Shown: positions 1 to 10,905, counted from the stretch's first letter. The stretch: 64,000 nucleotides of DNA from Nitrospirota bacterium (GCA_963790205.1 CAWBNQ010000003.1:832001-896000); one strand, 5' to 3'. Made by a program: numbers and translations. The notes: generated by a model from the letters alone, not told the origin.

Positions 1-774
1 GCGAAACACGTGGGCGCGCGGGTGATCGTCGTGGACATGGGTGTTGACCACGACTTCGAACCGTCAGAGGGGCTCGAGATCAGAAAGATCGGCCGCGGCA
101 CGCGCAACATGACCAAGGGACCGGCCATGACTCGCGATGAGGCCGAGCGAGCCGTGCTTGCCGGCGTCGAGCTGGTCGAGAAATACCGGGACGGGCTCGA
201 CCTTCTTGGGACGGGGGACATGGGCATCGGCAACACAACACCTTCCTCGGCCATCGTGTCCGTCATCACCGGCACGGACCCGGAAAAAGTGACGGGCCGC
301 GGCACGGGCATCGATGACGAATCGCTCAGGAACAAGGTGGCCATCATCAAAAGGGCGATCGCCGCGAACAACCCCGACCGGACGGACGCCCTCGACGTTC
401 TTGCCAAGGTCGGCGGGTACGAGATCGCCGGCATTGCCGGCCTCGTGCTCGGCGCCGCGCTCTATAAGATACCGGTCGTGGTCGACGGGTTCATATCGAC
501 GGCGGGGGCGCTCATCGCCGCGGAGCTGAATCCTCTGGTCAAGGGCTATATCATCGCCGCGCACCAGTCGGTCGAGATCGGCCACCGGAAGATGCTTGAA
601 CACCTTGAGCAGATGCCTCTTCTGGACCTCAACCTCAGGCTGGGCGAAGGCACGGGGGCAGCCCTCGGCATGTCGCTCGTTGAGGCCGGGGTAAGGATCT
701 TGACGGAGATGGCGACCTTTGCCGATGCGGGCGTCGCGGAGAAAAATGAGGAGCCCGTGAAGCGCGGGGCGTAA
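1..774 (+). CDS. cobT: Nicotinate-nucleotide:dimethylbenzimidazole phosphoribosyltransferase (5' end outside window)
   Basis: Motifs [27 protein letters not shown] and [11 protein letters not shown]; frame is open from base 1; followed by cobS and cobC. Confidence 0.95.
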   Translation, partial: AKHVGARVIVVDMGVDHDFEPSEGLEIRKIGRGTRNMTKGPAMTRDEAERAVLAGVELVEKYRDGLDLLGTGDMGIGNTTPSSAIVSVITGTDPEKVTGRGTGIDDESLRNKVAIIKRAIAANNPDRTDALDVLAKVGGYEIAGIAGLVLGAALYKIPVVVDGFISTAGALIAAELNPLVKGYIIAAHQSVEIGHRKMLEHLEQMPLLDLNLRLGEGTGAALGMSLVEAGVRILTEMATFADAGVAEKNEEPVKRGA

Positions 775-815
775 GGCGCACGGGGTGGACGGCACGGGAA
801 CAACGAGGAGGAAAA

Positions 816-1590
816 ATGGTCAGAAATTTCATCAACGCTGCGCAGTTTCTCACGATTGCTCCCGTGAGCAAAAAGCATGAGATCGAGGAGGGGAGCCTGG
901 CGAGGTCCATGGTTTACTTTCCGGTCATCGGTTTTCTGATCGGCTTTCTTCTCGTCTACGCTGACAAGGCGATGACGCTGATCAGCCCTGCCTCAGACCA
1001 TTGCCAATGTCCTGCTTATCGCGCTGTCCGTGCTGGTCACCCGCGCGCTCCACATCGACGGTCTCGCCGACACGCTCGACGGCCTCATGGGCGGTCATGA
1101 CCATTCCTCCCGGCTTGCCATCATGAAGGACAGCAGGCTGGGGACCGCCGGCGCGCTCGGCATCTTCTTCGTCCTGGCCATAAAATACGTTGCTTTCAAC
1201 AACCTGTTCGAAAGCGAGAAGGTCGCGGCGCTCCTGACCGCTCCGGTGCTCGCCCGCTGGTCGCAGACGCTCATGGTCTTCAAGGCGAACTACGGCCGCG
1301 AGGCAGGGATGGGCAAGGCCTTCGTCGGGCATCTGCGGGCAAGCGGGATGGCCGCTGCCTCCGCGCTCGCGATCGGGCTGTCGGCGTTCGTGGTTGTGCG
1401 GCTGGATGTGCTTTCCGTGGTCCTTATAGTCAGCCTGGTGGTCGGCGTGGTGCTCATCACCTTCCTGGGACGATGGTACCTTGTCCGCAAACTCGGCGGG
1501 GTGACGGGAGATGCGATCGGCGCCGTGAGCGAAGTGAATGAAGTGCTGGTGTTTCTCCTGTTTGTGGTATTTTCAAGCGGAAATCAATAG
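816..1590 (+). CDS. cobS: Adenosylcobinamide-GDP ribazoletransferase, split by a +1 frameshift near 984
   Basis: N-terminal FLTIAP...FPVIG in ORF 816; LHIDGLADTLDG, IMKDSRLG and GGVTGDAIGA in ORF 1030; removing one base after ATC 981-983 joins them; SD GAGGAGG. Confidence 0.92.
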
Positions 1591-1591
1591 C

Positions 1592-2189
1592 ATGTCGGTA
1601 AAAGTATATCTGATGCGCCACGGAGAGGTGACCAACGGCGGTGAGAAACGCTATAACGGGCACATCGATGTGGATATCACGGAGAAGGGCGTGGAACAGA
1701 TGCACCACCTGGCGGGGCTGCTTGCGGGAAAGCCCGTCGCGGCGGTGTATTCCAGCGACCTTATCCGCTCGGTCAGGGGCGCGGAGATCATTGCAAAAAG
1801 CCTCGGCCTGACCTCCACCCCTCTGAGATCGCTCCGGGAACGGAGCGTCGGCGTCTGGGAGGGGCTCACTGCCGGGGAGATCAAGGAGCGCTATCCCGAC
1901 GAATACTCATGCCTGGAGGGCCGACCTTCTCAACTACCGCCCTCCGGGCGGCGAGTGCCTGGTTGACGTCCAGGCGCGGATACTTCCCGCTTACCAACAG
2001 CTTGTGGCCGCCCATCCCGATCAGGAAATAGCCATGCTGCTCCACGGCGGCGTGAACCGGGTCATTCTTGCCGACGCGCTCGGCCTTCCTCCCTTGAACC
2101 TCTTCCGGATCGACCAGTCCTTCGGTGCGCTCAATGTCATCGATCATTACGAGGACGGTATGGCTGTGGTCAAGCTCGTGAACGGGTAA
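1592..2189 (+). CDS. cobC: Alpha-ribazole phosphatase (histidine phosphatase family), frameshift near 1908
   Basis: LMRHGE, YSSDLIRS and LRERSVGVWEG motifs; continues in another frame as AWRADLLNYRPPGGE...LHGGVNR; cob gene context. Confidence 0.88.
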
Positions 2190-2204
2190 ACAACCGAAAA
2201 GCTG

Positions 2205-2233
2205 TTGACTTTGGCCTCGTCATGCCGTATTCT
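2205..2233 (+). promoter_or_regulatory. Sigma70-type promoter of the thi operon
   Basis: TTGACT (2205-2210), 17-nt spacer, TATTCT (2228-2233), directly upstream of the riboswitch. Confidence 0.7.
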
Positions 2234-2242
2234 AGAACATAA

Positions 2243-2325
2243 AGCTGGGGGAGCCGCATGGCTGAGAGTCCTTCGGGACGACCCTTGGAACCTGATCCGG
2301 GTAGTGCCGGCGTAGGGAAGGCGTG
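2243..2325 (+). promoter_or_regulatory. TPP (THI-box) riboswitch aptamer
   Basis: Conserved blocks GGGGAGCC...GGCTGAGA, GACCCTTGGAACCTGATCCGGGTAGTGCCGGCGTAGGGAAG, upstream of thiS-thiG. Confidence 0.95.
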
Positions 2326-2352
2326 TAGATCAATTCTTTTATAACCTTTCGA

Positions 2353-2383
2353 GCCGTATCCTTCCGGATACGGTTTTTTGTTT
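2353..2383 (+). terminator. Intrinsic terminator, expression platform of the TPP riboswitch
   Basis: Hairpin GCCGTATCC-TTCC-GGATACGGT followed by TTTTTGTTT. Confidence 0.85.
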
Positions 2384-2401
2384 AAAGATAAGGACCCGGG
2401 C

Positions 2402-2617
2402 ATGCTGATCTCATTGAATGGCGAAAAAAAAACAGTGCCTGATGACTTGACAATCATCGCATTGCTTGAGCATCTAAAGATTCAACCGCAGCGTGTCGCC
2501 GTTGAGTTGAATCTGGACATCGTGAAGAAGGACAATTACGCCGCGACGGTCGTAAGGGACGGTGACAGTCTGGAAGTGGTGAGCTTCATGGGAGGGGGAG
2601 AATGTAGTCCGGAGTAG
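2402..2617 (+). CDS. thiS: Thiamine sulfur carrier protein, with a C-terminal extension after the Gly-Gly motif
   Basis: MLISLNGE...[10 protein letters not shown]...[13 protein letters not shown] then ECSPE*. Confidence 0.92.
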   Translation: MLISLNGEKKTVPDDLTIIALLEHLKIQPQRVAVELNLDIVKKDNYAATVVRDGDSLEVVSFMGGGECSPE

Positions 2618-2672
2618 GGAGTTCGGAGTTCGAAGTAAAGCGAAACGGGAATACTCAAGGAGTAAGTACATT

Positions 2673-3453
2673 ATGAACGATGACAAGCTGGTAATTGCGG
2701 GAATCGAATTTCAGTCCCGGCTCTGGGTGGGCACGGGAAAGTACAAGGACTTTGCTGAGACGCAGACAGGCCATTGAGGCCTCAGGCACGGACGTGGTGA
2801 CCGTGTCCGTCCGGCGCGTGAACATTATCGACAAGTCCAAGGAAAACCTGCTCGACTATATCGACCCGAAAAAGTACAAGATCCTCCCGAACACCGCAGG
2901 CTGTTACAATGCCAAGGACGCGATCCGGACCGCCATGCTCGCGGCGGAGGCGGGGATCACGAAGCTGGTGAAGCTCGAAGTTCTCGGCGACCAGAAGACC
3001 CTGTACCCGGACAACGAAGCCACGCTCGAGGCCGCGAAAGTGCTGGTGAAGGAAGGGCTTATCGTGCTCCCGTACACGAGCGACGACCCGATCATGGCGA
3101 GGAAGCTTGTGGACATCGGCTGCCCCGCGATCATGCCGCTCGCAGCGCCCATCGGCTCGGGCCTCGGCATCAGGAACCCTTACAATATCCGGATCATCAT
3201 GGAGACCGTAAAGGTCCCTGTTGTGGTGGACGCGGGCGTGGGAACGGCCTCGGACGTGGCGCTGGCCATGGAACTCGGCTGTGACGCGGTTCTCCTGAAC
3301 ACGGCGATCGCCGGCGCCAAGGAGCCGATTGCCATGGCGGAAGCGATGAAGTACGGTGTTCTCGCCGGCCGACTCGCGTATAAGGCCGGACGCATACCGA
3401 GAAAACTTTATGCTACGGCCAGCAGCCCGATCGAGGGGATGCTTGGGAACTGA
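2673..3453 (+). CDS. thiG: Thiazole synthase, frameshift near 2763
   Basis: From ATG 2673: [24 protein letters not shown]; continues as RQAIEASG...LPNTAGC...KLEVLGD...[10 protein letters not shown]...DAGVGTASD. Confidence 0.95.
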
Positions 3454-3599
3454 GTGATTCAATATTCGTTATTCGTCGTCTCCGCATGCTCCTATCGGGG
3501 ACCCAGGGACGTTGATTCTGGCGCCTCTGGATTCCCGCGAGGACCATGCGGAAATGACTGATGGGGCTAAACACTGCGGAATGACCAACGGTTCTTGCA

Positions 3600-4256
3600 A
3601 TGGCTATTGACTTCAAACTCTATCTCATCACGGACCGGAAACAGACGAAGGTCCCGCTTTCCGAAGCAGTCCGGCTGGCTCTCCAGGGCGGTGTTCGGGC
3701 GATCCAGCTTCGGGAAAACGACCTGCCGATGAAGGAACTGCTTGCCCTTGCGCATGAACTGAAGACGATGACGAAAGAGTATGACGCAAAGCTTTTCATC
3801 AATGACCACGTTGATGTTGCCGTGGCGGTTGATGCGGACGGCGTTCATCTCGGTCATCAGAGCATGCCGGTGTCGGCGGCCAGGAACATCGTCGGTGGGA
3901 AGATGATGATCGGTGTGTCAACGCACACGCTTGAGGAGGCCCGGGCGGCGGAATCCGCCGGTGCTGATATGGTGACGTTCGGCCCGATCTATGAAACGCC
4001 GTCGAAAGTCCCGTTCGGCGCTCCCGTGGGTCTGGAAGCGCTTAGAACCGTGACAAAAGCCGTCGATATCCCGGTCTTTGCCCTGGGCGGCATCAGGAAC
4101 AGGAATATCGGCTATGTCTTATGGGCCGGCGCATACGGGGTCTCGATGATATCCGCGATTTTCTGCGCGGAGAACATAAAGAAAGCTGCAAAGAACATGA
4201 CTGAAATGGTCCAGATCGTTGACCGGTCGATCTGTGTTCAGTGCGGTCGCCGCTGA
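3600..4256 (+). CDS. thiE: Thiamine-phosphate synthase
   Basis: LYLITD, IQLREND, INDHVD, DGVHLG, GVSTH, FGPIYETPSK and ALGGI motifs. Confidence 0.92.
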   Translation: MAIDFKLYLITDRKQTKVPLSEAVRLALQGGVRAIQLRENDLPMKELLALAHELKTMTKEYDAKLFINDHVDVAVAVDADGVHLGHQSMPVSAARNIVGGKMMIGVSTHTLEEARAAESAGADMVTFGPIYETPSKVPFGAPVGLEALRTVTKAVDIPVFALGGIRNRNIGYVLWAGAYGVSMISAIFCAENIKKAAKNMTEMVQIVDRSICVQCGRR

Positions 4257-4304
4257 CAGTATGCCGGCGGGATGCCGGGAAGCCGGAACGAATAGAGGTG
4301 CGGC

Positions 4305-5604
4305 ATGACTCAGATACTTGAAGCGCGAAAAGGAAACATCACTCCCGAGATGGAGGCCGTGGCCAGGGCCGAAGGGGTGGGCCTTGACCATGTTATCGAA
4401 GGCGTGGCGAACGGCACCATCGTCATAACGAGAAACGCAGGACATACGTCTATCACCCCGCTCGGCATCGGCCGCGGACTGCGGACGAAGATCAACGCCA
4501 ACATCGGCACGTCCAAGGACCGGATGTCCATCGAGGATGAGATCGAAAAACTGAAGGTCGCCGTGTCCGCCGGGGCCGACGCGGTCATGGATCTTTCGAC
4601 CGGCGGACCGATCATCGAAATTCGGAAGGCGATCCTTCAGCATTCTACGGTCGCCATCGGCACGGTGCCGATCTACCAGGCCGCGGTCGAGACCGTGGAG
4701 CAGGGGCGCCCGATCGTCCAGATGGACCCCGAGACGCTCTTCCGCGTGATCGAAGAACAGGCCGAGGAAGGCGTCGACTTCGTGACCGTGCACTGCGGCG
4801 TTACCATGGCGAGCATAGAACGGCTCAAGCGCCAGGGCAGGATCATGGACGTGGTGAGCCGCGGCGGCGCGTTCCATCTCGAGTGGATCATCTACAACGA
4901 AGCTGAAAATCCGCTTTATACGCACTACGACCGGCTTGTCGAGATCTGCGAAAAAATACGACATGACGCTTTCGCTCGGCGACGGCATGCGGCCGGGGTG
5001 CCTTGCCGATGCAACGGACCGGGCGCAGATCGAGGAACTGATCACGCTCGGCGAACTGCGCGACATTGCCCTTGAGGCCGGCGTGCAGGTGATGATCGAA
5101 GGCCCGGGCCATGTGCCGATCAACCAGGTCGAGACGAACATGAAGATCCAGAAGGAGCTCTGCAAAGGCGCTCCGTTCTACGTGCTGGGGCCGCTCGTGA
5201 CCGACGTGGCGCCGGGCTACGACCATATCACCTCCGCCATCGGCGGCGCGATCGCGGGCGCGGCCGGGGCGGATTTTCTGTGTTACGTCACCCCGTCGGA
5301 GCACCTTCGCCTGCCGGACCTCGAAGACGTGCGCGAGGGAGTGATCGCCTCACGCATCGCCGCCCATGCAGCGGACATTGCCAAGGGCGTGAAGGGCGCG
5401 ATGGACTGGGACAAAGAGATGGCCCGCCGCAGGAAAGCGCTCGACTGGAAAGGCCAGATCGAGCTTTCGATCAATCCTGAACGGGCGCGGAAACTTCGCG
5501 AGTCCAGCATGCCCAAGGAATCCGACGTTTGCACCATGTGCGGCGAGTTCTGTTCCATGAAGGGCGTGAGCCAGTATCTGAAAAAGGAAGTAAAACAGAA
5601 ATGA
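4305..5604 (+). CDS. thiC: Phosphomethylpyrimidine synthase, frameshift in the A-run near 4951-4956
   Basis: [36 protein letters not shown] and a C-terminal CTMCGEFC radical-SAM motif; one extra A in CEKYD. Confidence 0.96.
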
Positions 5605-6476
5605 ACTCAATGCGGAATAAAAAAATAAATACATCGCTGAAGTTTGCAGTTCTGTTCCTGTCAGTATTGTACCTGCCGCAAATCGGCCACGCGGGGACGA
5701 TGCAGCAGCCAAAGATCATCCTGAAGCCGAAAACTCCCGGGCCCGGGGACATCATGGTCGTTACCGTGAAGGGTGTCGACGGGCCGGTGGAAGGAAAATT
5801 CGGGGACAGAAAAATTTATTTTAATCCTGCCAAGGAATCCGTCGAGGCGGTCGTGGGCATCGACCTTTTCACGGAACCGGGCGACTACACGCTCGCACTT
5901 TCGGTAAACGGCGCTGCTCTCATCCGTACGGTGAAGGTCATCAAGAAAAAATATCCCGTGCAGAGACTTACGCTCCCGAAAGACATGGTGGAGCTTTCTC
6001 CTGAGAATGAGGCACGTGCGGAGCGCGAAGAGAAGGAAATCTCCGCGATATGGCCGAATGAGACGGCACGCGACTGGGCCGGAGATTTCGTCAACCCCCG
6101 GCCCGGCAAGATTAGCACACAGTTCGGGGTGCGGAGGATTCTGAACAATATCCCCAAAAGCCCGCACAGCGGCGTGGACGTTGAAGCCGAGGAGGGCGAT
6201 GAAGTGCACGCGCCCAATAACGGCATCGTCGTCATGACGGATACTCTGTTCTATACCGGCAATTCGATCTTCCTTGACCACGGCCAGGGGGTCTATACGA
6301 TGTTCTTCCATCTCTCCAAAATACTCGTAAAGCCCGGCCAGGCGGTCAAGAAGGGCGATGTGATCGGTCTCGTGGGCTCCACGGGACGCTCGACCGGCGC
6401 GCACTTGCACTGGGGCGTACGTGTGCAAGGCGCGCGTGTTGACCCGCTGGAACTGGTCCATCTCAAGCTGGAATAA
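5601..6476 (+). CDS. Exported M23-family (LytM) peptidoglycan metallopeptidase
   Basis: Signal peptide; HSGVD and STGAHLHW zinc motifs; ATGA overlap with the thiC stop. Confidence 0.88.
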   Translation: MNSMRNKKINTSLKFAVLFLSVLYLPQIGHAGTMQQPKIILKPKTPGPGDIMVVTVKGVDGPVEGKFGDRKIYFNPAKESVEAVVGIDLFTEPGDYTLALSVNGAALIRTVKVIKKKYPVQRLTLPKDMVELSPENEARAEREEKEISAIWPNETARDWAGDFVNPRPGKISTQFGVRRILNNIPKSPHSGVDVEAEEGDEVHAPNNGIVVMTDTLFYTGNSIFLDHGQGVYTMFFHLSKILVKPGQAVKKGDVIGLVGSTGRSTGAHLHWGVRVQGARVDPLELVHLKLE

Positions 6477-6562
6477 AGAAAAGTAGGAAGTAGAAAGCAG
6501 GAAGTAAGGGCATTCAGAAGCACCTGTCCCGTTTCTCATTTCACTTTTCATAAGACGCGCAC

Positions 6563-7387
6563 ATGATCAAAGTCCTCTCCATAGCCGGTTCCGACCCTTC
6601 GTCCGGCGCCGGGATCCAGGCCGACCTCAAGACCTTTCAGGCGCTCGGCGCTTTCGGCATGGCCGTACCCGCGGCGCTCACGGCCCAGAACAGCAGGGGA
6701 GTTTTCGGCGTCGCGCCTGTTCCTTCGCGCATGCTTAGGAAGCAGCTTGAGTCGCTGCTCTCCGATATCAAGCCGGCTGCGATAAAGACCGGCATGCTTC
6801 TCACCAGACAGAACGTTGATGTCGTGGCATCTATCGTAAATAAATTTCGAGCAAAGAACCTTGTCGTCGATCCCGTTTTGCGGTCCAGTTCCGGGAAAAA
6901 ACTGCTTGATGCCACAGCTCTTTCATCTCTCAAAAAAAAGATATTTCCCCGTGCCCTCATCATCACTCCCAATATTCCCGAGGCTGAAACGCTCACAGGC
7001 CGTACAATCAAAAGTGAAACTGACATGGATTTCGCCGCAGGCAGGCTGCTCGATCTGGGGCCGTCGTATGTTCTGATCAAGGGCGGACATCGAAACGGGC
7101 CTGCAATTGACACTCTGTATGGGGGTAAAACCGTACTCAGCTTTTCCACAGCCCGAAGAAAAGGCGAGTTTCACGGCACCGGGTGCGTACTTTCTTCGGC
7201 CATCGCGGTGTTTATTGCCCGGGGATTGCCTGTGGAAAAGGCTGTGGAAAAGGCGAAACAATTTGTGGATTCGCTGTTGAAAACCGCGAAGCCGGTGGGA
7301 AGGGAAGGACGAAGTATTTTCAATTTTAAGGAAACGCTCTCCCTCCTAGCCTGCCTTCCAATCGAGAACCTCCCCGCAGTGCGATAA
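6563..7387 (+). CDS. thiD: Hydroxymethylpyrimidine/phosphomethylpyrimidine kinase (true stop may be 7329 if there is an indel near 7303)
   Basis: SIAGSDPSSGAGIQADLK, IKTGML, VVDPV, TPNIPEA, KGGH and HGTGC motifs. Confidence 0.94.
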   Translation: MIKVLSIAGSDPSSGAGIQADLKTFQALGAFGMAVPAALTAQNSRGVFGVAPVPSRMLRKQLESLLSDIKPAAIKTGMLLTRQNVDVVASIVNKFRAKNLVVDPVLRSSSGKKLLDATALSSLKKKIFPRALIITPNIPEAETLTGRTIKSETDMDFAAGRLLDLGPSYVLIKGGHRNGPAIDTLYGGKTVLSFSTARRKGEFHGTGCVLSSAIAVFIARGLPVEKAVEKAKQFVDSLLKTAKPVGREGRSIFNFKETLSLLACLPIENLPAVR

Positions 7388-7684
7388 TCAGTAATTACAT
7401 TTACCTTGTCCAGCGCGTAAAATTCTGTTAAAGTCCAAAAGGCTATTCAATATTTTGTGCCCGAATTCAGAGGGCGCTATCCGGACCCACGAATATCGGA
7501 TTTCCGGTGCTGTCGGAGCAGATTCCATTCAGCTAATTTGGTTAGTCAACAAAAAATCGTTGGATGAATATGCATCATCATAATCATAACCCCGATAGCT
7601 TTCATGTATCGTTTCTGATTGCGATGACGCTGAGTTCTCTGCGGCGAATTTTTACAATACGGGTCCATTGCATAGGGGGAAGAC

Positions 7685-8392
7685 ATGCGCGTTGACGGCA
7701 GGAAAGCGGACGAACTCCGCAGGATCAAGATCACCCGGAACTATCTTAAGAACGTCGAAGGCTCGGCCCTGATCGAGATGGGCGACACCAAGGTGCTCTG
7801 CGCGGCCACGGTCGAAAATTCCGTGCCGCCGTTCCTCAGGGGCAAGGGAACGGGCTGGGTGACTGCGGAGTATGCCATGCTCCCGCGTTCGTCCGCACAG
7901 CGGATATCGCGCGAGCGTAACAAGGTGGGCGGGCGGACGCACGAGATCCAGCGGCTCATCGGCAGGTCGCTTCGTTCGGTCGTCGATATGGCCGCTCTCG
8001 GCGAGCGCTCGGTATTGATCGACTGCGACGTGGTGCAGGCCGATGGCGGCACACGCACGGCATCGATAACCGGCGCCTACATTGCGCTTGTGGACGCGCT
8101 CCGGTTTGTCGCTCAAGAGGGCCGGATCGATACCATTCCGGTCACGGACTACCTTGCAGCCGTAAGCGTCGGAATCCTCGGGGGGAAACCGATGCTCGAT
8201 CTTTGCTACGCGGAAGATTCAGCGGCTGAGGTGGATATGAACCTCGTGATGACCGGCGCGGGCACGATCGTTGAAGTGCAGGGAACGGCGGAGGGAGAAC
8301 CCTTCTCCAAAGACGAACTCGGCAAGCTCCTTGCCCTTGGAGAGAGGGGGATCAAGGTGCTCATCAAAAAACAGAAAGATCTGCTCAAGTGA
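7685..8392 (+). CDS. rph: Ribonuclease PH
   Basis: [39 protein letters not shown] and EVQGTAEG motifs. Confidence 0.97.
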   Translation: MRVDGRKADELRRIKITRNYLKNVEGSALIEMGDTKVLCAATVENSVPPFLRGKGTGWVTAEYAMLPRSSAQRISRERNKVGGRTHEIQRLIGRSLRSVVDMAALGERSVLIDCDVVQADGGTRTASITGAYIALVDALRFVAQEGRIDTIPVTDYLAAVSVGILGGKPMLDLCYAEDSAAEVDMNLVMTGAGTIVEVQGTAEGEPFSKDELGKLLALGERGIKVLIKKQKDLLK

Positions 8393-8955
8393 TTGCCTTT
8401 CTCACTTCCCTCGCCATCGTATTCCTCGCCGAAATGGGCGACAAGACGCAGCTTTTGGCCATGGCCTTTGCCGCGCGCTTTCGCTGGCAGACCGTCCTGT
8501 GGGGTGTGCTTGCGGCGACGGCGGCAAATCATTTTTTTGCCGTTGTCGTCGGGAATTATCTTACGAACATCATTCCTCTTACGTATATCAAGATTGCCGC
8601 GGCAACGTCTTTCATTCTCTTCGGTCTCTGGACCCTTCGGGGCGACGAACTGGGCGGCGAGGACAAGAAATTCAACTTTTCTCCCTTCTGGACGGTGACC
8701 AACGCCTTCTTTCTCGCGGAAATGGGGGACAAGACCCAGCTTGCAACCGTGGCGCTTGCCGCCGAATTTCATACAATCGTGCCCGTATGGGCAGGTACCA
8801 CGACAGGCATGCTGATCGCCGATGCCATAGGGATCATCGCCGGCATCGTTCTGCACAAAAAAATACCGGAAATGCAGATCAAATGGTTCGCGGCCCTCGT
8901 GTTCATCGGGTTCGGCCTCTGGGGTTTGTATGACTGCCGTCCGACGGGCAACTGA
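8389..8955 (+). CDS. TMEM165/GDT1 (UPF0016) Mn2+/Ca2+ transporter family protein
   Basis: Two copies of the family motif [11 protein letters not shown]; hydrophobic; GTGA overlap with the rph stop. Confidence 0.92.
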   Translation: MIAFLTSLAIVFLAEMGDKTQLLAMAFAARFRWQTVLWGVLAATAANHFFAVVVGNYLTNIIPLTYIKIAAATSFILFGLWTLRGDELGGEDKKFNFSPFWTVTNAFFLAEMGDKTQLATVALAAEFHTIVPVWAGTTTGMLIADAIGIIAGIVLHKKIPEMQIKWFAALVFIGFGLWGLYDCRPTGN

Positions 8956-9079
8956 CAAATCCCGTTCCATTTGACGGCGATTTCAATAGTGCCCCCCTGA
9001 GTCCTCGCGCTGCATTTTACGGCAGGCTGATTTCCGTCAAACCATGAATGGCATGGCGCACCGGGGTTTTGCCGCCTGA

Positions 9080-9360
9080 TCATTTCCGCCCGGACGTTCG
9101 GCCAAGCTCACCGATTTTTTCCAGACATGCCAACGCGGAATAGGTACTCGGCGGGGTCGTACCGAGTCCCGGTTCCGGTCCGAACCCGCCGTTCTCCGGG
9201 ACATAGAGCGATTCGACGAATTGGTACACGCTGTATTTGTTGATTACGTTCAGCGAGGAAAGTTCCGCCAGCGCTTCGACCACCGCTGCCATATCCTGCA
9301 TGTTCGGCAGGGTTGAATACGTGTTATGCTTCAGGGATGGGAATATTTCATGATGGTTTA
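9080..9360 (-). pseudogene. C-terminal remnant of a prenyltransferase/squalene-cyclase repeat protein
   Basis: FVESLYVPENGGFGPEPG...STYSALACL resembles that repeat; no credible N-terminus or SD; the ORF runs into the rhodanese promoter. Confidence 0.45.
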
Positions 9361-9412
9361 CATGACACAGCGAAAGTCGTGATCTCACGCGCCATATCGC
9401 CTCTGTTTTGCC

Positions 9413-9441
9413 TTGACAAATTTCTGCCTGCGTCATAGTAT
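9413..9441 (+). promoter_or_regulatory. Sigma70-type promoter for the rhodanese-IclR genes
   Basis: TTGACA (9413-9418), 17-nt spacer, TAGTAT (9436-9441); SD AAGGAG before ATG 9480. Confidence 0.65.
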
Positions 9442-9479
9442 TAAACACCTGTTTTAAAATTAAAGGAGAAAATTATATT

Positions 9480-9899
9480 ATGATAAAAAACAGGATTATC
9501 ATGCTGTTATTTGGTTTTTTATTCGTTACAGCAACCTCAGCAATTGCCCAGGTTCCCACGATTGACTCTGAACAACTGAAGGCATGGATGCATGGGAAGC
9601 AGAAAGCGGTTCTTATCGATGCGAGGCCGGCCGATGAGTACCGGGCAGGCCATATTCCGGACGCGATCAATACCTATGCTGAGAATATAAAGGCCGAGGC
9701 AAAACGCCTTCCAAGGGACAAAACGACCCCGATTATTTTTTATTGCAGGGGAGAGGGTTGAGGCCTCAGCCGTATGGCCGCGGGCGCGGCCGCAGAGATG
9801 GGGTATACGAACCTTATGATCTACCAGGCAGGCATTCCTGACTGGCTTCTGAAGGGATACTCTGTGCAGAAGGGGAACCGGCCCGGGAAGATGCAGTAA
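9480..9899 (+). CDS. Exported rhodanese-domain protein, probable selenoprotein (in-frame TGA 9759-9761, residue 94)
   Basis: Signal peptide; IDAR...EY...GHIPDAIN; FYCRGEG-TGA-GLSRMAA...GYTNLMIYQAGIPDWLLKGY completes the rhodanese fold; hairpin just downstream of the TGA. Confidence 0.85.
9759..9792 (+). promoter_or_regulatory. Candidate bacterial SECIS element
   Basis: Stem GGCCGC (9776-9781) / GCGGCC (9786-9791) with a G-first loop GGGC that begins after a 20-nt spacer from the TGA. Confidence 0.65.
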
Positions 9900-9923
9900 G
9901 TGGAAGGGAATCTGGAAGAACGT

Positions 9924-10730
9924 ATGGTCACGAAGAGAGAGAAAGTCAACTATACGATCCAGTCCGTATCGCACGCGCTCGATATCCTTGAATCGTTCAC
10001 GAAAGCCGAGAACGAACTCGGCGTGACCGAGCTGTCGAAGAGACTGGGCCTGCACAAAAACAACGTGTTCCGCCTGCTCGCCACACTTGAACACCGGGGC
10101 TATGTCGAACAGAACAAGGCAACTGAGAATTACCGGCTCGGCCCCAAGACACTTCAGATCGGCTCGATCTTCATCGAACAGCGTGAATGCCGCCGTCAGG
10201 CGAGGCCCATCCTCGAGAACCTCATGGCTGCCTCGGGCGAAACGGCGGTGGTGGCCGTGCTCCGTGCGAACAAGGTGATCTACATGGACAGCGTGGAGAC
10301 CGACAGGACCGTGCGCGCTGTTTCACGCATCGGCGCCATGCTTCCGGCGCACTGCACCGCCGTGGGAAAGTCACAGCTTGCCGCATTGTCTCCCTCCGAG
10401 CTTGAACGTCTCTATCCGGAAATGGACCTGCCGCCGCTCACGGAGAGGAGCATTAAAACGCGTGACGCCCTTCTGGCGGAGCTGAAGAAAATCGCTGAAA
10501 AGGGGTACGCGCTCGAAAACGAGGAATGCGACCTGGAAGTCAGGAGCATCGCGGCACCGGCCAGGGATTTTTCCAGGAACGTGATCGCGGCCATAGGCAT
10601 CGTGGCCCCTGCCTCCCGGCTCACCGATGAACGGCTCGACAAGGGCGGGGTCATAACCCTGCTTCTGGAAGCGGGCCGGGCCCTCTCCGCCAAGTTGGGG
10701 TACAGCACGCCGTCGGGGAAAAAACAGTAG
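9924..10730 (+). CDS. IclR-family transcriptional regulator
   Basis: IQSVSHALDILE...GVTELSKRLGLHKNNVFRLLATL HTH; PAHCTAVGK; ENEEC...SIAAP. Alternative GTG start at 9900. Confidence 0.93.
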   Translation: MVTKREKVNYTIQSVSHALDILESFTKAENELGVTELSKRLGLHKNNVFRLLATLEHRGYVEQNKATENYRLGPKTLQIGSIFIEQRECRRQARPILENLMAASGETAVVAVLRANKVIYMDSVETDRTVRAVSRIGAMLPAHCTAVGKSQLAALSPSELERLYPEMDLPPLTERSIKTRDALLAELKKIAEKGYALENEECDLEVRSIAAPARDFSRNVIAAIGIVAPASRLTDERLDKGGVITLLLEAGRALSAKLGYSTPSGKKQ

Positions 10731-10905
10731 CCGCTCATCGAGCAGTGCTTTGGACCTGGAAAGAAGCCGTATCTTCAGGGACCGGCATGACTTGCCATGA
10801 CCTGTTAGCGCCGCCGAACACGTCGGAATGGATCGATCCAGGTCTTTGGATCGGTACGCAGTAGTTTATTGACACCCCTGTTTGTGCTGTGTTATTATCG
10901 TCCCG

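Noticed and set aside
8932..8949. Peptide DCRPTG shared by the TMEM165 C-terminus and a loop of the C26 hydrolase (30952-30969, minus strand)
   Set aside because: Six residues in unrelated proteins, with differing codons and no flanking similarity; most likely chance.
8964..9052. Imperfect inverted repeat TTTGACGG...CCGTCAAA after the TMEM165 gene
   Set aside because: Single short pairing between convergent genes with no U-tract or second copy; not enough to call an element.
9759..9761. In-frame TGA as evidence of an alternative genetic code
   Set aside because: TGA terminates many normal genes here (thiG, thiE, thiC, rph, lysC), so any recoding is local.
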